Source: Anthoceros angustus
Lineage: Eukaryota > Plantae > Anthocerotophyta
Length of the DNA stretch: 64,000 nucleotides
Assembly: GCA_010909165.1 (NCBI GenBank)
Contig: MU008150.1
Location: 589,116 to 653,115 of the forward strand
Reading direction: 5' to 3'
Position numbers and translations under genes: made by a program
Part shown: positions 12,195 to 24,565 of the stretch, one piece after another
Numbering within the stretch: position 1 is the first letter of the stretch
Layout of the letters: the number at the start of each line of letters is the position of its first letter
The notes under the pieces: generated by a model
Database searches by the model: none
Seen by the model: only the letters and a program-made list of their open reading frames with translations
Told to the model about the DNA's origin: nothing

Positions 12195-14012
12195 ATGACA
12201 TTGGCAGCTGTGCACGCCGCTTCAGCGGCTTCCGCGAACGGGGCGTCTGGAGATGGAGCGGAGAGGGATATGGAGCTCGAGCTCGGCCGGCTGTTGTGTC
12301 CGGTGTTGGGCAGCTGCAGATGCCGGGGAGGCTGCCCTCGAGGGCCTCAGGTCTGCTCTGCCGGGCAGCTGTTCCTGCTGCGGGGACGGCCCCGGCTTCG
12401 CTCACGATCCAGCACGTGATCGAGCTTCTGCTGAGCAAGACGGATCTGACGGACGCCCAGGCGGAGGCAGTGATGGAGGCCTGCTGGACGGAGCGGAAGC
12501 GGCTCAGATCAGCGCATTCCTGGTGCTGCGGGCCAAGGGGAGACGTATGAGGAGATCACAGGGCTGGCTCAAGCGATGTTGAAGAGGAGCGTCCGTGTTT
12601 CTGGGCTGTCAGGGACGCTGGACATTGTGGGGACTGGAGGGACGGTGCCAATACCGTGAACATTTCGACTGGAGCTTGCATCTTGGCAGCTGCTTGTGGG
12701 GCTAAGGTTGCCAAAGTTGGGAACCGGTCGTCGTCTTCGGCTTGTGGGAGTGCTGATGTCCTGGAGGCTTTGGGTGTGGCTGTGGATCTTGGGCCAGCGG
12801 GGATCAGGAGGTGCGTGGAGGAGGTAAAGGTGGGGTTTATGATGGGGCCCAGGTACCATCCTGCTGAAGCTTGTGAGTCCTGTAAGGAAATCGTTGAAGG
12901 TGAAGACCGTGTTCAACATCTTGGGGCCCATGCTGAATCCTGCCAGGTCCCCTTTGCCATTGTTGGTGTCTACTCCGAGCCTTGTAAGTCCTTGGCTTTT
13001 CTTCATGAGTTATATGGTTTCCTGCCCGTTGCCGTATGGTGTCGAGAGTCTTCCTTTTGGATCATCTGTGCATGTTTTATGGATTTTGATGCAGCACGCG
13101 TTAAAGTTGTGAATGACAAGCTAGGGTACTTCCTGTTTCACAGTCACCTGTGCTTCAGGCGGAATGACAACCATACATTAGAGAGATGGATGCGTCTTGA
13201 CTTGTATAGGTGGAGAAGATGGCGAAGGGCTGCAGCTTTTCGGGATGCAGAGGGCGCTTGTTGTTAATTCTGTTGGCTTGGATGAGATATCTCCCTCGGT
13301 ATGTGGCAGATTATGGTGGGAGTTTGTGGTTCTTGCAGTCATGTGATAGTGATGTGAGATTGTTGTATACTGGGCAGGCCCTGGGTTTGTGCTGGAAGTC
13401 TACCTGACAGCATTCGACGATTCAACTTCGACCCATGTAGGTCGCCTTAGCTGACCCATGTGTAGCTCTAATTTTATAGCCATTCTCATCTTGCCTCTCG
13501 TTGTACTCATCTCCGTATCTCTCTGTTTAGTGGACTTTGGAATACCTCGCTGGAGGATCTTCGAGGAGGAGCTCCAGATTACAATGCTCAAGTTCTACGA
13601 GATGTCCTTGCTGGAAAGAAGGGTCCAATTGCTGATTCCTTGGTATTTTTTTCCACTTGTCCTGACTGTTCTGATTGTCAATGGGTGCGGTACTTAAGCA
13701 GAGGCTTAGTCCTGGAATCATCTTCCTTCTGCTGACAGTTCGCTTGTTTCTGTCATGCAGATTCTGAATGCTGGAGCGGGACTCATGGCTGCTGGCGTCA
13801 CAAGAGACCTAGAAAGTGGGGTCACATTGGCTAGGGACGTTCACCAGTCTGGTGAAGGAAGAAAGTTCTTGATGCATGGATTGCTCTGTCTCAGGTTTCA
13901 AACGCTCTCTTTTGCATTTGTTTCTGCCTGCTTCCCCACAAGTTTCTGTCAACCGTGACATCTTCTTTCCTGTTCGCAGGAACTGAAGCTGGCGGAGAGT
14001 CTTGAAACCTGA
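12195..14012 (+). CDS. trpD: Anthranilate phosphoribosyltransferase, plastid
   Basis: DIVGTGGDGANTVNISTG, KVAKVGNRSSSSACGSADVLEALG, KTVFNILGPMLNPA, GLDEIS, ILNAGAGLMAAG; GT-AG introns in the 3' half; several indels. Confidence 0.93.
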
Positions 14013-14439
14013 GGAAGCTTCCTTTCGGACGGGTTACTTATCAGTTCACATCTATGCTTCATCCATTCCTTCGCAAACACGTCCTCAAAGGCAAATAGTA
14101 ACTCAGATAGCAAGCCCGAGGAAACAGACTTTGAGGGTGCCCATAATGGACTTAGTAGCTGAGATAGGACTCGCAGATGCTAGATTCAGACTCTGGATCG
14201 GTGTGCACACAGCTCTTTGGCTGCATTCGCGTTGCATGTTGATACCACCAGTCCACCAGCTACTTCAAAGTCCTCTCTACTAGAAATCAAATTGTGCATC
14301 TCGAAGACTGCACATCTAGGGTTTTAGAGTCAGCCAGCCTGGCGGTCTTGAAAGTTGTGGTTTTCACCTTCATGTCACGCCGTTCTCCTGCTAAGATGGC
14401 ATCAGAGGGCAAGTATTTTCGGTCGTTTGGACCTCACGT

Positions 14440-15654
14440 ATGCTGTCATTGAGACTGAGCATGGATGCATTGAGCCCCAGGGCCTGCTTGTGGAAACCAC
14501 CGCTGGGTGATTTGGATCCTTTCGGAATGAAGAGTGAGCAGAGCTCTGCCAACGGTGGGACAGAGTTCTCAGGCAGGTCCGCTAGCGTGTCAAGCGGGGC
14601 TGGACAAGAACAGTGTGTTGCACTCCCAGCATCTCCACAGTGGAAGAGAGAAAGGACGGAAGATTAGCCGAGGAATTAGGGAGGAGTCCAAATGGCGAGG
14701 ACATCCTTGTGGAAGAATCAGGAAGCGATGCTGCAGACGGTGTTGAGCTGAGCGAGAGCCAAGACCTAGGCGGCCCTTCTGTGTCATGTGCAGGAAGCCA
14801 GCATCTCTTTGCATATGTGGAAGGATCAAGTATGTGGTGAAGAACCAGGTTGGGGTGACCATCTTGCAGCACCCTGAGGAGAGGGACCATGCTCTGGGAT
14901 CCGCCAGGATAGCCATGCTGAGTCTTCAGAACGTTCAGCTCATCATCCTCCCGGAGGTTGATGAGCAGGTTTCTTTCAGGATCCGGTTCCTGGATCTAAG
15001 AGGAGCATTGCAGGAAGGGGAGGAAAGAAGCTGCAGGCGCAGCAGAAATATCAGGAGGTGAGCATGAAAAAGTCCGGGCGATCTAGGGTTTCTGCCTATG
15101 CTCGTTCTGCAGGCAGCTTGGATGATGGAGGAGCAGCAGGGGTCTCTGAGCGGGTGGGGAATAGTGGGGAGATGTCTGCAGTCCCATCTTGGATTAGGTT
15201 GCCGGAAGGGACAGGGCTGCTGTATCCCACTGACAATGCCGTGGAGCTGCTGCCTCATCTGCCACCCTCCATCGGAGGAGCTGAGGCATCATCCCCAGAG
15301 CTTGCTGGACTTGCAGAGATGGCAGGTAGCATCTCCCACCTCCCTGTAGTGAACCATCTCATCGTCTTGGACGGAACCTGGTCCAAGGCCCGCAGAATTT
15401 ACTGCGAGAATCCCTGGCTCCATTCTCTCCCGCACTTCAAGTTGTCATCAGCTGCACCGAGTATGTCACAGTGTGTCAGGCGGCAGCCCAAGCCTGGCTG
15501 CCTGTCCACAATCGAGAGCATTGTGTTTGCACTGCGAGTGCTGGAACCAGAAACCCAGGGCCTGGACAGCCTCCTGGACGTCTTCGACAGCATGATACAA
15601 GACCAGAAAAGATTCAAGGAGGCTAAACCCGGGTTCACAAGAATCCGATCATGA
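14440..15654 (+). CDS. DTW-domain protein (tRNA-uridine aminocarboxypropyltransferase family)
   Basis: CRKPASLCIC, ILQHPEERDHALGSARIA, LLYP, LIVLDGTWSKARRIY, RRQPKPGCLSTIESIVFAL; apparently intronless; start uncertain (14397 or 14440) and frameshifted. Confidence 0.88.
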
Positions 15655-15894
15655 GGACCGTCTGGTGCTGGCACAGAATTTGCATGCGATAGCCATCGCC
15701 AGTCCGATTTTGTAACATTAGGACGTGAGAATCCCGTGAAGGAAATGATGAACGAACGTGTGAACCGGAAGGCTTTGCCTCAAAACAACAACAACCTTGG
15801 GATCGTTGCCCGTTTCACTCCTCTGTGACCTTCGTTACTGTCCCTGTCCTGCGCGTAGACGCAATCTGTCATTGTGGGTTGAGGGTTGTGGAGG

Positions 15895-16977
15895 ATGGTG
15901 ATGGTCATGCAGATGGCGATAGCAGGCGCGGCTGCCGGTCACCAGACTGCGCCCAGGACACCAGTTACCCTCCAGGCTGTATGTCTTCCGTCCACCAGCA
16001 GAGCTTGGCTCCGAGGCAATGGCAACGGCACAGGCAAAGGCACAGGGTGTGGTAGCTTTGGAATCGTCCAGTGCCGATGTTGGCGTTTCCACAAGCTCTC
16101 CGGAGGGCACAGCCGAGCAGCCGCAAGGGCCGCCCATAATCGAGCTTCAATTTCTGTCGGTGAGCCTGGGCTTGTCTGCGCATCCAATCCAGCACATTTG
16201 CATTAGGGTTGGGCCGATTCTGTGATGCCCATTTGTGCAACATGCTGTAGCCTGATGCAGGTGGCGATGTGCAAACAGCTTCTGCAGTGAGTGGGGACAA
16301 ACTGCTGAGAACCATCATGAAGGACAGCAAGCTCGAGCTCTATGATACGTGGGTAAGCAACTTCCTGCAATCTGACACATGATCATTCCATCGCTGGTTT
16401 GATACATCCAATGGACGTGGGGAAAGTCATGAACTGTGGAGGAGGTGGGAGCTGCAGGCATTGTTCAGGTCTTTCTTCTTCAGCCTTACTGGGCTCGATC
16501 AAGTGAAGCCTCCTCTCAAGCTGACTGGAGCTCTCTAGACCCTTCTTTGACGCAGATTCTGGAGGGTCAGGAGCTTCTGAACGACAGGACGGATGCAGAG
16601 TACAAGTACTTGAAGAAGGTCAGTCCAATTTCCTAAAACGGATGTCCAAAGTATGCACCAACAACACCTGGGCTGATCATTCCGGTTGCTATTCCTTTCA
16701 CAGAAACCAGACAACTGGAGGCTTTCCTGCCAAACGATTGTTGGGGACAAGACCAACAGCGGCAAGGTGGGTGTCATGTCAATTCTGTCTTGCCGCAAGG
16801 TTTCCAGATTCCAACCCTGACCTGTTACCCCTATGGCTGCAGGTGGTCGTCCAACGACTTCCACAGAAGAAAAATGACACACTTCGTAACTGTGGTAAAT
16901 CAGGACAGCTAGAAACAAAATTTGATCGAACGAGGTGGATTCTGGAATCTCGATTCAAACCATACCATTTGTACTAA
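15895..16977 (+). CDS. Unidentified multi-exon protein with transit-peptide-like N-terminus
   Basis: Ala/Arg/Ser-rich start, then exons DKLLRTIMKDSKLELYDTW|gtaag, QILEGQELLNDRTDAEYKYLKK|gtcag and cag|VVVQRLPQKKND...FKPYHLY*; family not recognised. Confidence 0.6.
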
Positions 16978-17125
16978 TACGCATTCCTTGACGAATTCAT
17001 GGATAACTTGGAAACGTTGAAGTAGTCGAGGAGAGAAGCACGCAAGCAGAAGTAGGCACTGCAAACGCCAAGTGTGCCTGGCAGATTCATCGTCAGGAAT
17101 TTACCACGATTTCATCTGTCTTGGC

Positions 17126-20100
17126 ATGCCGGGTCTTTGGAAAGCCAAGGCTCGCTTACGCGAAGGGCTTCCCCTCGCCTTCTCCTGTGACGCAATCGCA
17201 TCGACTTCTGTTGTACAAGGCACGCCCCTGCCTTATCCTGGCTGCCGCGGCTTTTTGCAGCCTGCATTCTCAAATTGGGTGGATCTGTGAGACGTTCCAA
17301 GCGGAGTTTGTTCGAATTGCAGTCGGAATTGGAATTGGGTGCTGGAGGAAGGTTGTGTGGAATCGTGCGGGAAGCCGGCCTGGTAGGTCTGGCGGAGGCC
17401 GGGAATTGGGATGTCCTCGACAATCTGCAGCAGTTTGCGGCTGCGGGAAATGATCCGGGAGCGGGTGACGGATTTGTGACGTGAATGGAGGGAGACTCCT
17501 GGCAGGGATTGAGAGTGATCAGGGGTTTGTGGTGAAAGCTCGAGATGGCGCTGCTGAAAAGGGCAGGGTTTTCATGGAGTCTCATGGGAGACCAGTCGGT
17601 GAAGAGCGCATACAAGGACGACAGTCAGGGAGGCTAGGGCGGACTTCGTCGGGCCGGAAGTGGATCAAGGAACTTTCTTCGCTGGCAAACGTTGTCGTGG
17701 GAAAATGTGCACGGTGAGGGCTTTTTGGTTCTGCTGTTGGATGTCGGAGTGTGCTGCAGAGTAAGGAGGATTGGAGTTGGAGAGCTGATAGTTTGCTTGC
17801 AGGATTCTCGTGTTGGATACTGAGGACTTGCAGAGGGATTTTGATGAGGCACCTGCTTCGGCTAAGCAGCCAGCACGATATGCACGCAATCTTTTGAGTA
17901 CTGCTGCTTTAAGGCGCTTGCAATTGCCACGGTTACAGACCATTTGCATGACAGGGATTTTCGGCGCTTCACGTTCGACATGATGCTAGCCTGGGACGCC
18001 CTGGTGTTGCAAATAAGCCGGCTGTGAAGGTCAGAGACTAATGCTCGATGCTGACTCTCTGATTGCCTGCAAGCGTTTACTTCTAATGGTAGCACGCATT
18101 GCATACTAGCTGGTTTATATCAGTTACGGAATGTGATATTTAACAGGCTCAAAGAAGCTGCTCTGAGGACAAGGAACTTTAGGCAGAGCATGAACTGTTG
18201 CAGCTGAGTTGTATTAACAGCGAGGGGTGGGGAATATTGCTCAATCACATGGATTCGTTAATATCCGCACCCCTACATGTCATGACAGACTGATGATGAT
18301 TCCAGCAAATCCAATCAAGGCTCCTTGGAGGTTGATGAGGATGAGGATGATGATGATGAGGACCAGCCTTGTTCTATACTGATTTGATGCCAATGCTAGC
18401 AAAGGTAATTGGGACTTGGGAAGCTAGAACTAAAACCTTTATTGCATGTGGAGGGTGTCCCTGGCCCTGGTCAGAACTGTTGGAAGATACACTTGCAGGA
18501 TGAAGCTCAATGAACTACACGCAGTGAAGCATCTTGTAATTTTCGAGTTGTGTCGTTAAACAGCAACTTGGATGGTTGACCTTTGCAGGTAGACGTTGAG
18601 AGCACAGTGGGCTTGGAATCATTTGCAAGGCTGGCCCTGCCATACCTGTGGCTGCGGATACAATAAGTGTGCACTGCCAGTTTGAAGCTCTCACCTCATC
18701 TACTGGCAATCGGCTAGCATTCCCGGTTTGGGACAAATACCTGGGAGAGCTTGACAAGTGAGGCTATTGATGTTTTGCCATTCCAGTTTCATGCAACTGT
18801 ACGTTGCCGTGTTTTTGTTTTTCCTTGTACGCAGCTTCCATATTGCAGCCTGTAAGCTGGAATTCTTCCTGCCTTAGGTCAATAAAGGCGATCAAGAAGC
18901 ACAGCAAATCTGGTCGCAACTCTTAAACTTGCACCAGGAGAGACAGTTATAGACATTGATGGAACTGCCACAACTCAGCCAGTCTTGCAACATATTGGCC
19001 TCTCTACTTGGCCTGGTCTGGGTCTGTTTCTTTTGTTGGTCGAAACTGCACTTAGTTGTCTTTCCGCACTTCACTTTTCGCCTTCATTTCCTTTGACTAA
19101 TGTGTTGCATGCTGGTATTGCAGGGCGGCTAACATTGACAGATCAAGCACTTTACTTTGAAGCAGCGGGTGTTGTATCTTATGACAAAGCTAAGAAGTAT
19201 GATCTGTCTGCTGACCTTCGCCACACAGTCAAGCCGGTGTTAACTGGTCCTTGGGGTGCTCGCCTGTTTGACAAGGCTGTGTTGTACAAGTCTCCTTACG
19301 TAAGCTTTTTTTTGTATGTTATCCGGTTTCTCAACACTTTCCTAAGCTGAAAGCTTCTAAGACAGTGAAAACCTTTTTTGCAGCCCTGAGCCGGTTGTGT
19401 TGGAGTTTCCAGAACTGGTAGGAAGAACCAGGCGTGAATATTGGTTGTCCATCATTCGAGAAGTTATCTTTGTACATCAGTTCATTAGGGGCAATCAGCT
19501 TGAAAGCGTGGGTAGAGCAGAGGCCCTTGCAAAGGCTGTCCTTGGGATTGCTCGCCTACGAGCGACAAAAGAGGTCTTCGCACATTGCCTGTAAGACCAG
19601 AAAAACTCCTAACTTTCTCATTGGCAGAAGAGATACCAGGTGGGGATCTGGTGTTGAAAGCATTAGCTGACAGGCTTCATGCAGCTGAGATTGGTAGCAA
19701 TGATTACATGGACAATTACTTCACCCGGCAAGATGGCTATCCGATTTCCTCCACGTCAGCAGTGCATGCTGTTGACAGCTTAGCTGTGAAAAATCCGAAA
19801 AGGTCACAGAAGGAGCAGCCAGTATGTGTGGGAGAGGTCCTGATTGGCGAGCTGACACCTTTGGAGAAAGTGGTAATCCAATCACGGGACAGCCATCGGA
19901 AGGTGCAGCTGGCTAAAGCTAGTGTTGACGGATTAAAAGTCGATGCCAAGGGCATTGGTACAAATTTTGCCGTACTGCAGGTAAGCCATTAGAGATGTCT
20001 TCCCATTCCCGCTTGCTTGCCTGTCCGGGTATGCCCAGATCTGTCAAAATGCAACGTCAGCTGCACGAGAGTGTGATGTTTGTTGAGGGTGTTGCATAGC

Positions 20101-20854
20101 TTCTCATGTTTGGGCTAACTGATAACTGCTCTGTACAGGAGTTACTTCTACCTCTCGTCAGTGTACTAACATGGTTTCAAGAACTGCTCGCTTGGGAGGA
20201 ACCAAGCAAGACTTAGCTTTGTGGACTTGTTACATATGTTGTCTACAGGTATGAAATTTTGCAGCCGTTTCAAGAGTGTTTGTTTTCTGAATCGTATGCT
20301 GCTGTAGCAAGTGGACTCTAACTTGAATTTTGGTGCAGGGATTGGTTGGACTACTGTGTCCCTTTACTGTTGTTATCAGCTGTGGGTTTGATTGTTTGGC
20401 TTCAGTTGGGCCGTCATCATGGAAATGTGGAGCTCGTGGTATCAGAAGAGCAGTGCAGCAAGCTCGCAGCAGCAAGGACTACTCCAGAGTGCCAACATTT
20501 TGCTGTTGAAAGTACGGTCTATCGGCTTATCGGCGTACCCACAGGTATAAACCATGCTGATTTATGATTTTACTCTTGTAGGCATTACCTGTAATCTAGG
20601 ATGTCCCTAATTGCACCCTTCGAATTTTCTTCAGGCAACGAACACTGTGTCTGCTGTCCTGTTGGGCCTAGCTCTAGTCTTCGCCTTAGTCCCTTTAGAT
20701 TCATCTTCTTGGTGGCATTCTGGGACCTCTTCACCAGGCAGCTGCAACCTGAGAGGAAAACACGGAGCGACTGATTCGCAGGTTCAGGGAATGGTGGTAT
20801 AGCATACCAGCCGTGCCAGTGCGATTTGTCAAGCCTCAGGAGGAGGTCGATTAA
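17126..20854 (+). CDS. DUF639 plant protein, multi-exon
   Basis: ELSSLANVVVGKCAR, ARNLLEYCCFKAL, RFTFDMMLAWDAP, LQHIGLSTWPG, RLTLTDQALYFE, GPWGARLFDKAV, FPELVGRTRREYWLSIIREV, terminal EWWYSIPAVPV. Confidence 0.9.
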
Positions 20855-21347
20855 CCAAGAATGGCAGATTGAGTGTTGGTTGGGAAATCTTGTCTAATAT
20901 TTCCGTCGGGTTGGCCAAACGTTTTAAGCTCCAAGGTACCTGTATATTGTGCTTGTCACTCAGTTACTTGTTGGCACGTGAACATGTGTATTTCAAATTG
21001 TGCAAGAATTCTGAGTGAGGCAGTGGTTCATCCATCTATACATTGTATACTTGCTACCAATCAGCACTCAGTTTCTTGCTCTACAGAAGCTTGACATGGT
21101 AAACATTTTGCCCATACTTGCCTACTCCTTGTAACCTGTAGCTTTGTGCGGCAACCGCGTCAACAGGGTGAGAAAAATTTACGGACAGCATCACACTGGC
21201 TTATACATCTCCACGTCAACCTAAACGTGGGCTGACACCATCTATCCTCAAGAACAAGATGCTTGTGTCCACTCGCCCTGTCATCCCCTCCGCCATACTC
21301 AACGCACATTTTGCCCTCACTGGAATTGTCAATTTCCCTATTCCTCG

Positions 21348-22279
21348 CTACACATAGCTCACCCAAACCTTGATTCCAAGGATACCGTAAGGAAGCTGGG
21401 CTTGAGCCTGAGCGTAATCGACCTTGGCGCTGAAAGACTGCAAAGTAAGAGGACCATAACCTCGTCTTTCACTCCGAGCTATCAGCGCACCGTTAATCCT
21501 ACCTGAGCATATCACTCGGATTCCCTCCACATACGGTTCCCGTTTCAACTGCCTGAAAAGTGCTTGCGTGATGCTCCGAAACTGCTTCCTCTGCTCTAAC
21601 TGCAAACAGATGTCCTGCGCGATCAAGGAAGCACTCTGGTAGATCGACTGCATCTTCACAGCTCTCAAAACGACACTACAATTCGAAGCAGCCGACAACA
21701 CCGACGCCACTTGCTTCAAGGTTTGCGGCGCGACTTCATCCGAGGTGAAAACATGGACAGCCGTCTTCTGCGGGTAGTGATGAACAACAACCCTACCGGA
21801 CGTAACCCGGTGAAGTTTTTCCTTGGAGGCTGTACCGTGCTCAAATACTGCTTCAAGTTCACATCCTGATGCAGCAATCTGGAATAGCTCGCGCCGCCAG
21901 CAACATTGGCTTCTCTTCTCACCGCTGCAGCACCCGTGATTGCCGGGAAACACTCGGCGGATCGCCGCCATCCTTCACAAATTGGCTAACAGACTGTAGA
22001 ACAGAATCCGCGTTGAACCCCAGGTGGTTCTTACGGAAATAATGCAGCATGGCCAAGTACGTCAAGGACGGCGTGGACCTGCTTCCAGCATCTGCTTCCG
22101 GACCTGACTCTGCAGACGGCTTGGCCGCCAGCCAGCCGCTAGATCGAAGCAGGCTCTCGTGGGATCCGAAACGATTCTTCCTTGGCACCCTCGATACCGC
22201 TTTCACTACCTTCGACATCCCTCCCCAACGGAGGCCCCGAAGGCCGAGTCCAGTCTGCAAAGCGCTACGCAGACGCCAT
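21348..22279 (-). CDS. rps3: Nuclear-encoded mitochondrial-type ribosomal protein S3 with N-terminal extension, intronless
   Basis: YSRLLHQDVNLKQYL..PPRKNFTGLR, GRVVVHHYPQKTAVHVF, VKMQSIYQSASLIAQDI, GIRVICSGRINGALIARSE, YGILGIKVWVSY*; start at 22279 (needs an indel) or 22218. Confidence 0.88.
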
Positions 22280-22326
22280 CCTCCACCTCCTTCGCACTGC
22301 AAAGCGACAAACCGAAAGCCAGTCGA

Positions 22327-22335
22327 GGTTTAGGG
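22327..22335 (-). promoter_or_regulatory. Telo-box-like motif upstream of rps3
   Basis: CCCTAAACC on - strand about 50 bp upstream of the first ATG; telo-boxes are typical of plant ribosomal-protein promoters, but a 9-mer can be chance. Confidence 0.3.
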
Positions 22336-24364
22336 CTGTTCGAGTATGACGTTAGTTAATGAAGGTTAAGTCAGTTTACTTAATTTTCTACACGAATAAT
22401 TCTAATAAGGCTGGTTTCGCCAAGGCAGTCTGCCCATGGTGATCAGGGATCAGGGCACGGCGGCAGAAAACCGCTTTTTTTTTGAGAAGCGGGATTGCCC
22501 GCTCCTGTTTCCTTCAAGCCTCAGTGAGGTCGATTTCGTTGTGTAATGGGATTCCGGTGTGGATGGGAGTCTGGTTTTTGGTTCATGGGTTTGCGCACAG
22601 TCTGCCGGATCGTTTGTAGGGTAAGACAAAGGATGTGATTGAGAATTGATAACAAACCAGACTGAAATGCCTATTGTAAGAAGAATCGCAGTGAAAGAAC
22701 GGGAGCCGATCGTCGCGTCGGGTCGATGCTCATGCGAAAACACCGGCATAAATGCAGCTCTGCTTGTATGTAGAAATCTAATTAGAAAAACAAGCCGCAT
22801 GAGGGTCAGTCCCGCTAATGTGTTACGCGTTGATTCTCCATGTGCAGATATGAGACGGCCAAGCTTCCGCCCATTCGTAGAACTTAGCAAGAGCTAAGTG
22901 CTACGAAATCACGGAAGCTTGGTCGTCTTTGCAAGCATTCACTTTGAAATTCTACAGCTATCAAGCTTCCATCTGAACTCGCAGGGTTAAACCATGGAAG
23001 AGGATAAATTAAATCTATGATAAACAATACAACAAACTCACAAAACTTAAAAAGATACCACAACACACACAACTACTCCTAATAAGATATCTCAATACCT
23101 AGCTTTACTCGGCACCACAATTTGGTATGTAGGAACACTACATGTATAGTATAATATCGAGGATTATGCACTTAATATCGATGATATACAATATTCTACT
23201 AATACTAGTCTAGTATATTTGGTAATTAGTTCAAGGTATCAGGGCTCAAAGAACCTAAAAGTATGAGATTGAAAATTTATTTATTTATTTATAAAATTTT
23301 TAATATATTTTTAGGTAATTTATTCTTTTTACTAATTTTCTTTGAAGTTCAAGTGGCAACGCTATGTCATAAGGTTGGATCGACACTCTTACAGAACACA
23401 CGGGTGGCATGTGGAGTGTACAAAACTACCTTGGTATGTTCATGTATTAGAGCTTTGGTTAAGGCATGGATCACTGTTACCAACTCTTATCATCAATAAC
23501 TTCGTGATAAGCCAAAATAACTTCTTGTTTTTGTTTTTTTATATCACCTTTTTTTTTTCTCTTCTAGGATTTGACCTGTTCCACTATTTATGTACCTTCC
23601 TTTTGTTTCTTTCTTCGTCTATGTTTCCATATTTAGAGATCATTTGAGTACCATAAATTTCATGCTTGGTGTATTCGAGTTTAGACCAAAGCTTGAGAAA
23701 ATAAGAACTTTGTGAATATATGCTTAGGATGACTCAGTGCAATCTCTATCGCTTTTTGGGTCTTTTTGAGTCTTCCTTTGCTTAGGTTGTTGGCCGAGAG
23801 TTCCTTTTGTTTGCCTCCTGGAGGTTCATTTCACACATTTCATATACTTGTTCTGCTTTTATTACACTCCTTTGATGATGTTCTTCTTCATAAAGTGTGT
23901 ACAAACTTTTCCAGCAAGGAAAAACTAAGCTTGTTCTCCTTTTATTACACTCCCTTGATGAACTATATTGTAATATCTCTTTTTTATAAAGTGTGTACAA
24001 ATTTTTCATCAAGAAAAAAACTAAGTCGCAAGATAAAAAGCACCCTAGTAATGAGATTTCATTGACTTTGTGATTCTAGGGTAGGCAAGTCCCAATTAGG
24101 GTGCCACTTGATTACCTGAATTACTCACCGACCTTCCGGGTCCAGTGTCCCTATATCACTATCATCCATTTAGGTGAGCCCTTCACTATCACTAAGCCAC
24201 ATACTAGGCGGGCAAATCACCACTCATGCTTGAGTGAGAAACAATGTTGGCCTTTTGTTGGCTGGCTGGACTCTCTCAATGGAGTTATTCGGCGGACCAG
24301 CCATAAAGCCTCTAAAACAACCTCTACTCGTAGTACTTATCATAGAAATAGATGTACATATGAA

Positions 24365-24565
24365 CCTACTATGACACAAGTGATTTGGACTCTTTGAGAC
24401 TCAAAGCTAGATAAGAAAGATTTCTTTGAGATTATAAGGAATTTATATAGGTATTGATGACATTCCTACTATAACACAAGTGATTTGGACTCTTAGAGAC
24501 TCAAATCTAGATAAGAAAGATTTCTTTGAGCTTATAAGAAATTTATATAGGTATTGATGACATTC
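24365..24565. repeat. 100-bp tandem duplication in an AT-rich region
   Basis: CCTACTAT(G/A)ACACAAGTGATTTGGACTCT... begins at 24365 and again at 24465. Confidence 0.85.

Noticed and set aside
21348-22279. Recent NUMT of rps3
   Set aside because: The sequence is highly diverged, lacks the variable middle, has a new N-terminus, and no flanking mitochondrial genes such as rps19 or rpl16 are seen.
22667-22897. 76-aa ORF or structured RNA upstream of rps3
   Set aside because: No recognisable motif, RNA-family signature or Pol III elements that I can support.
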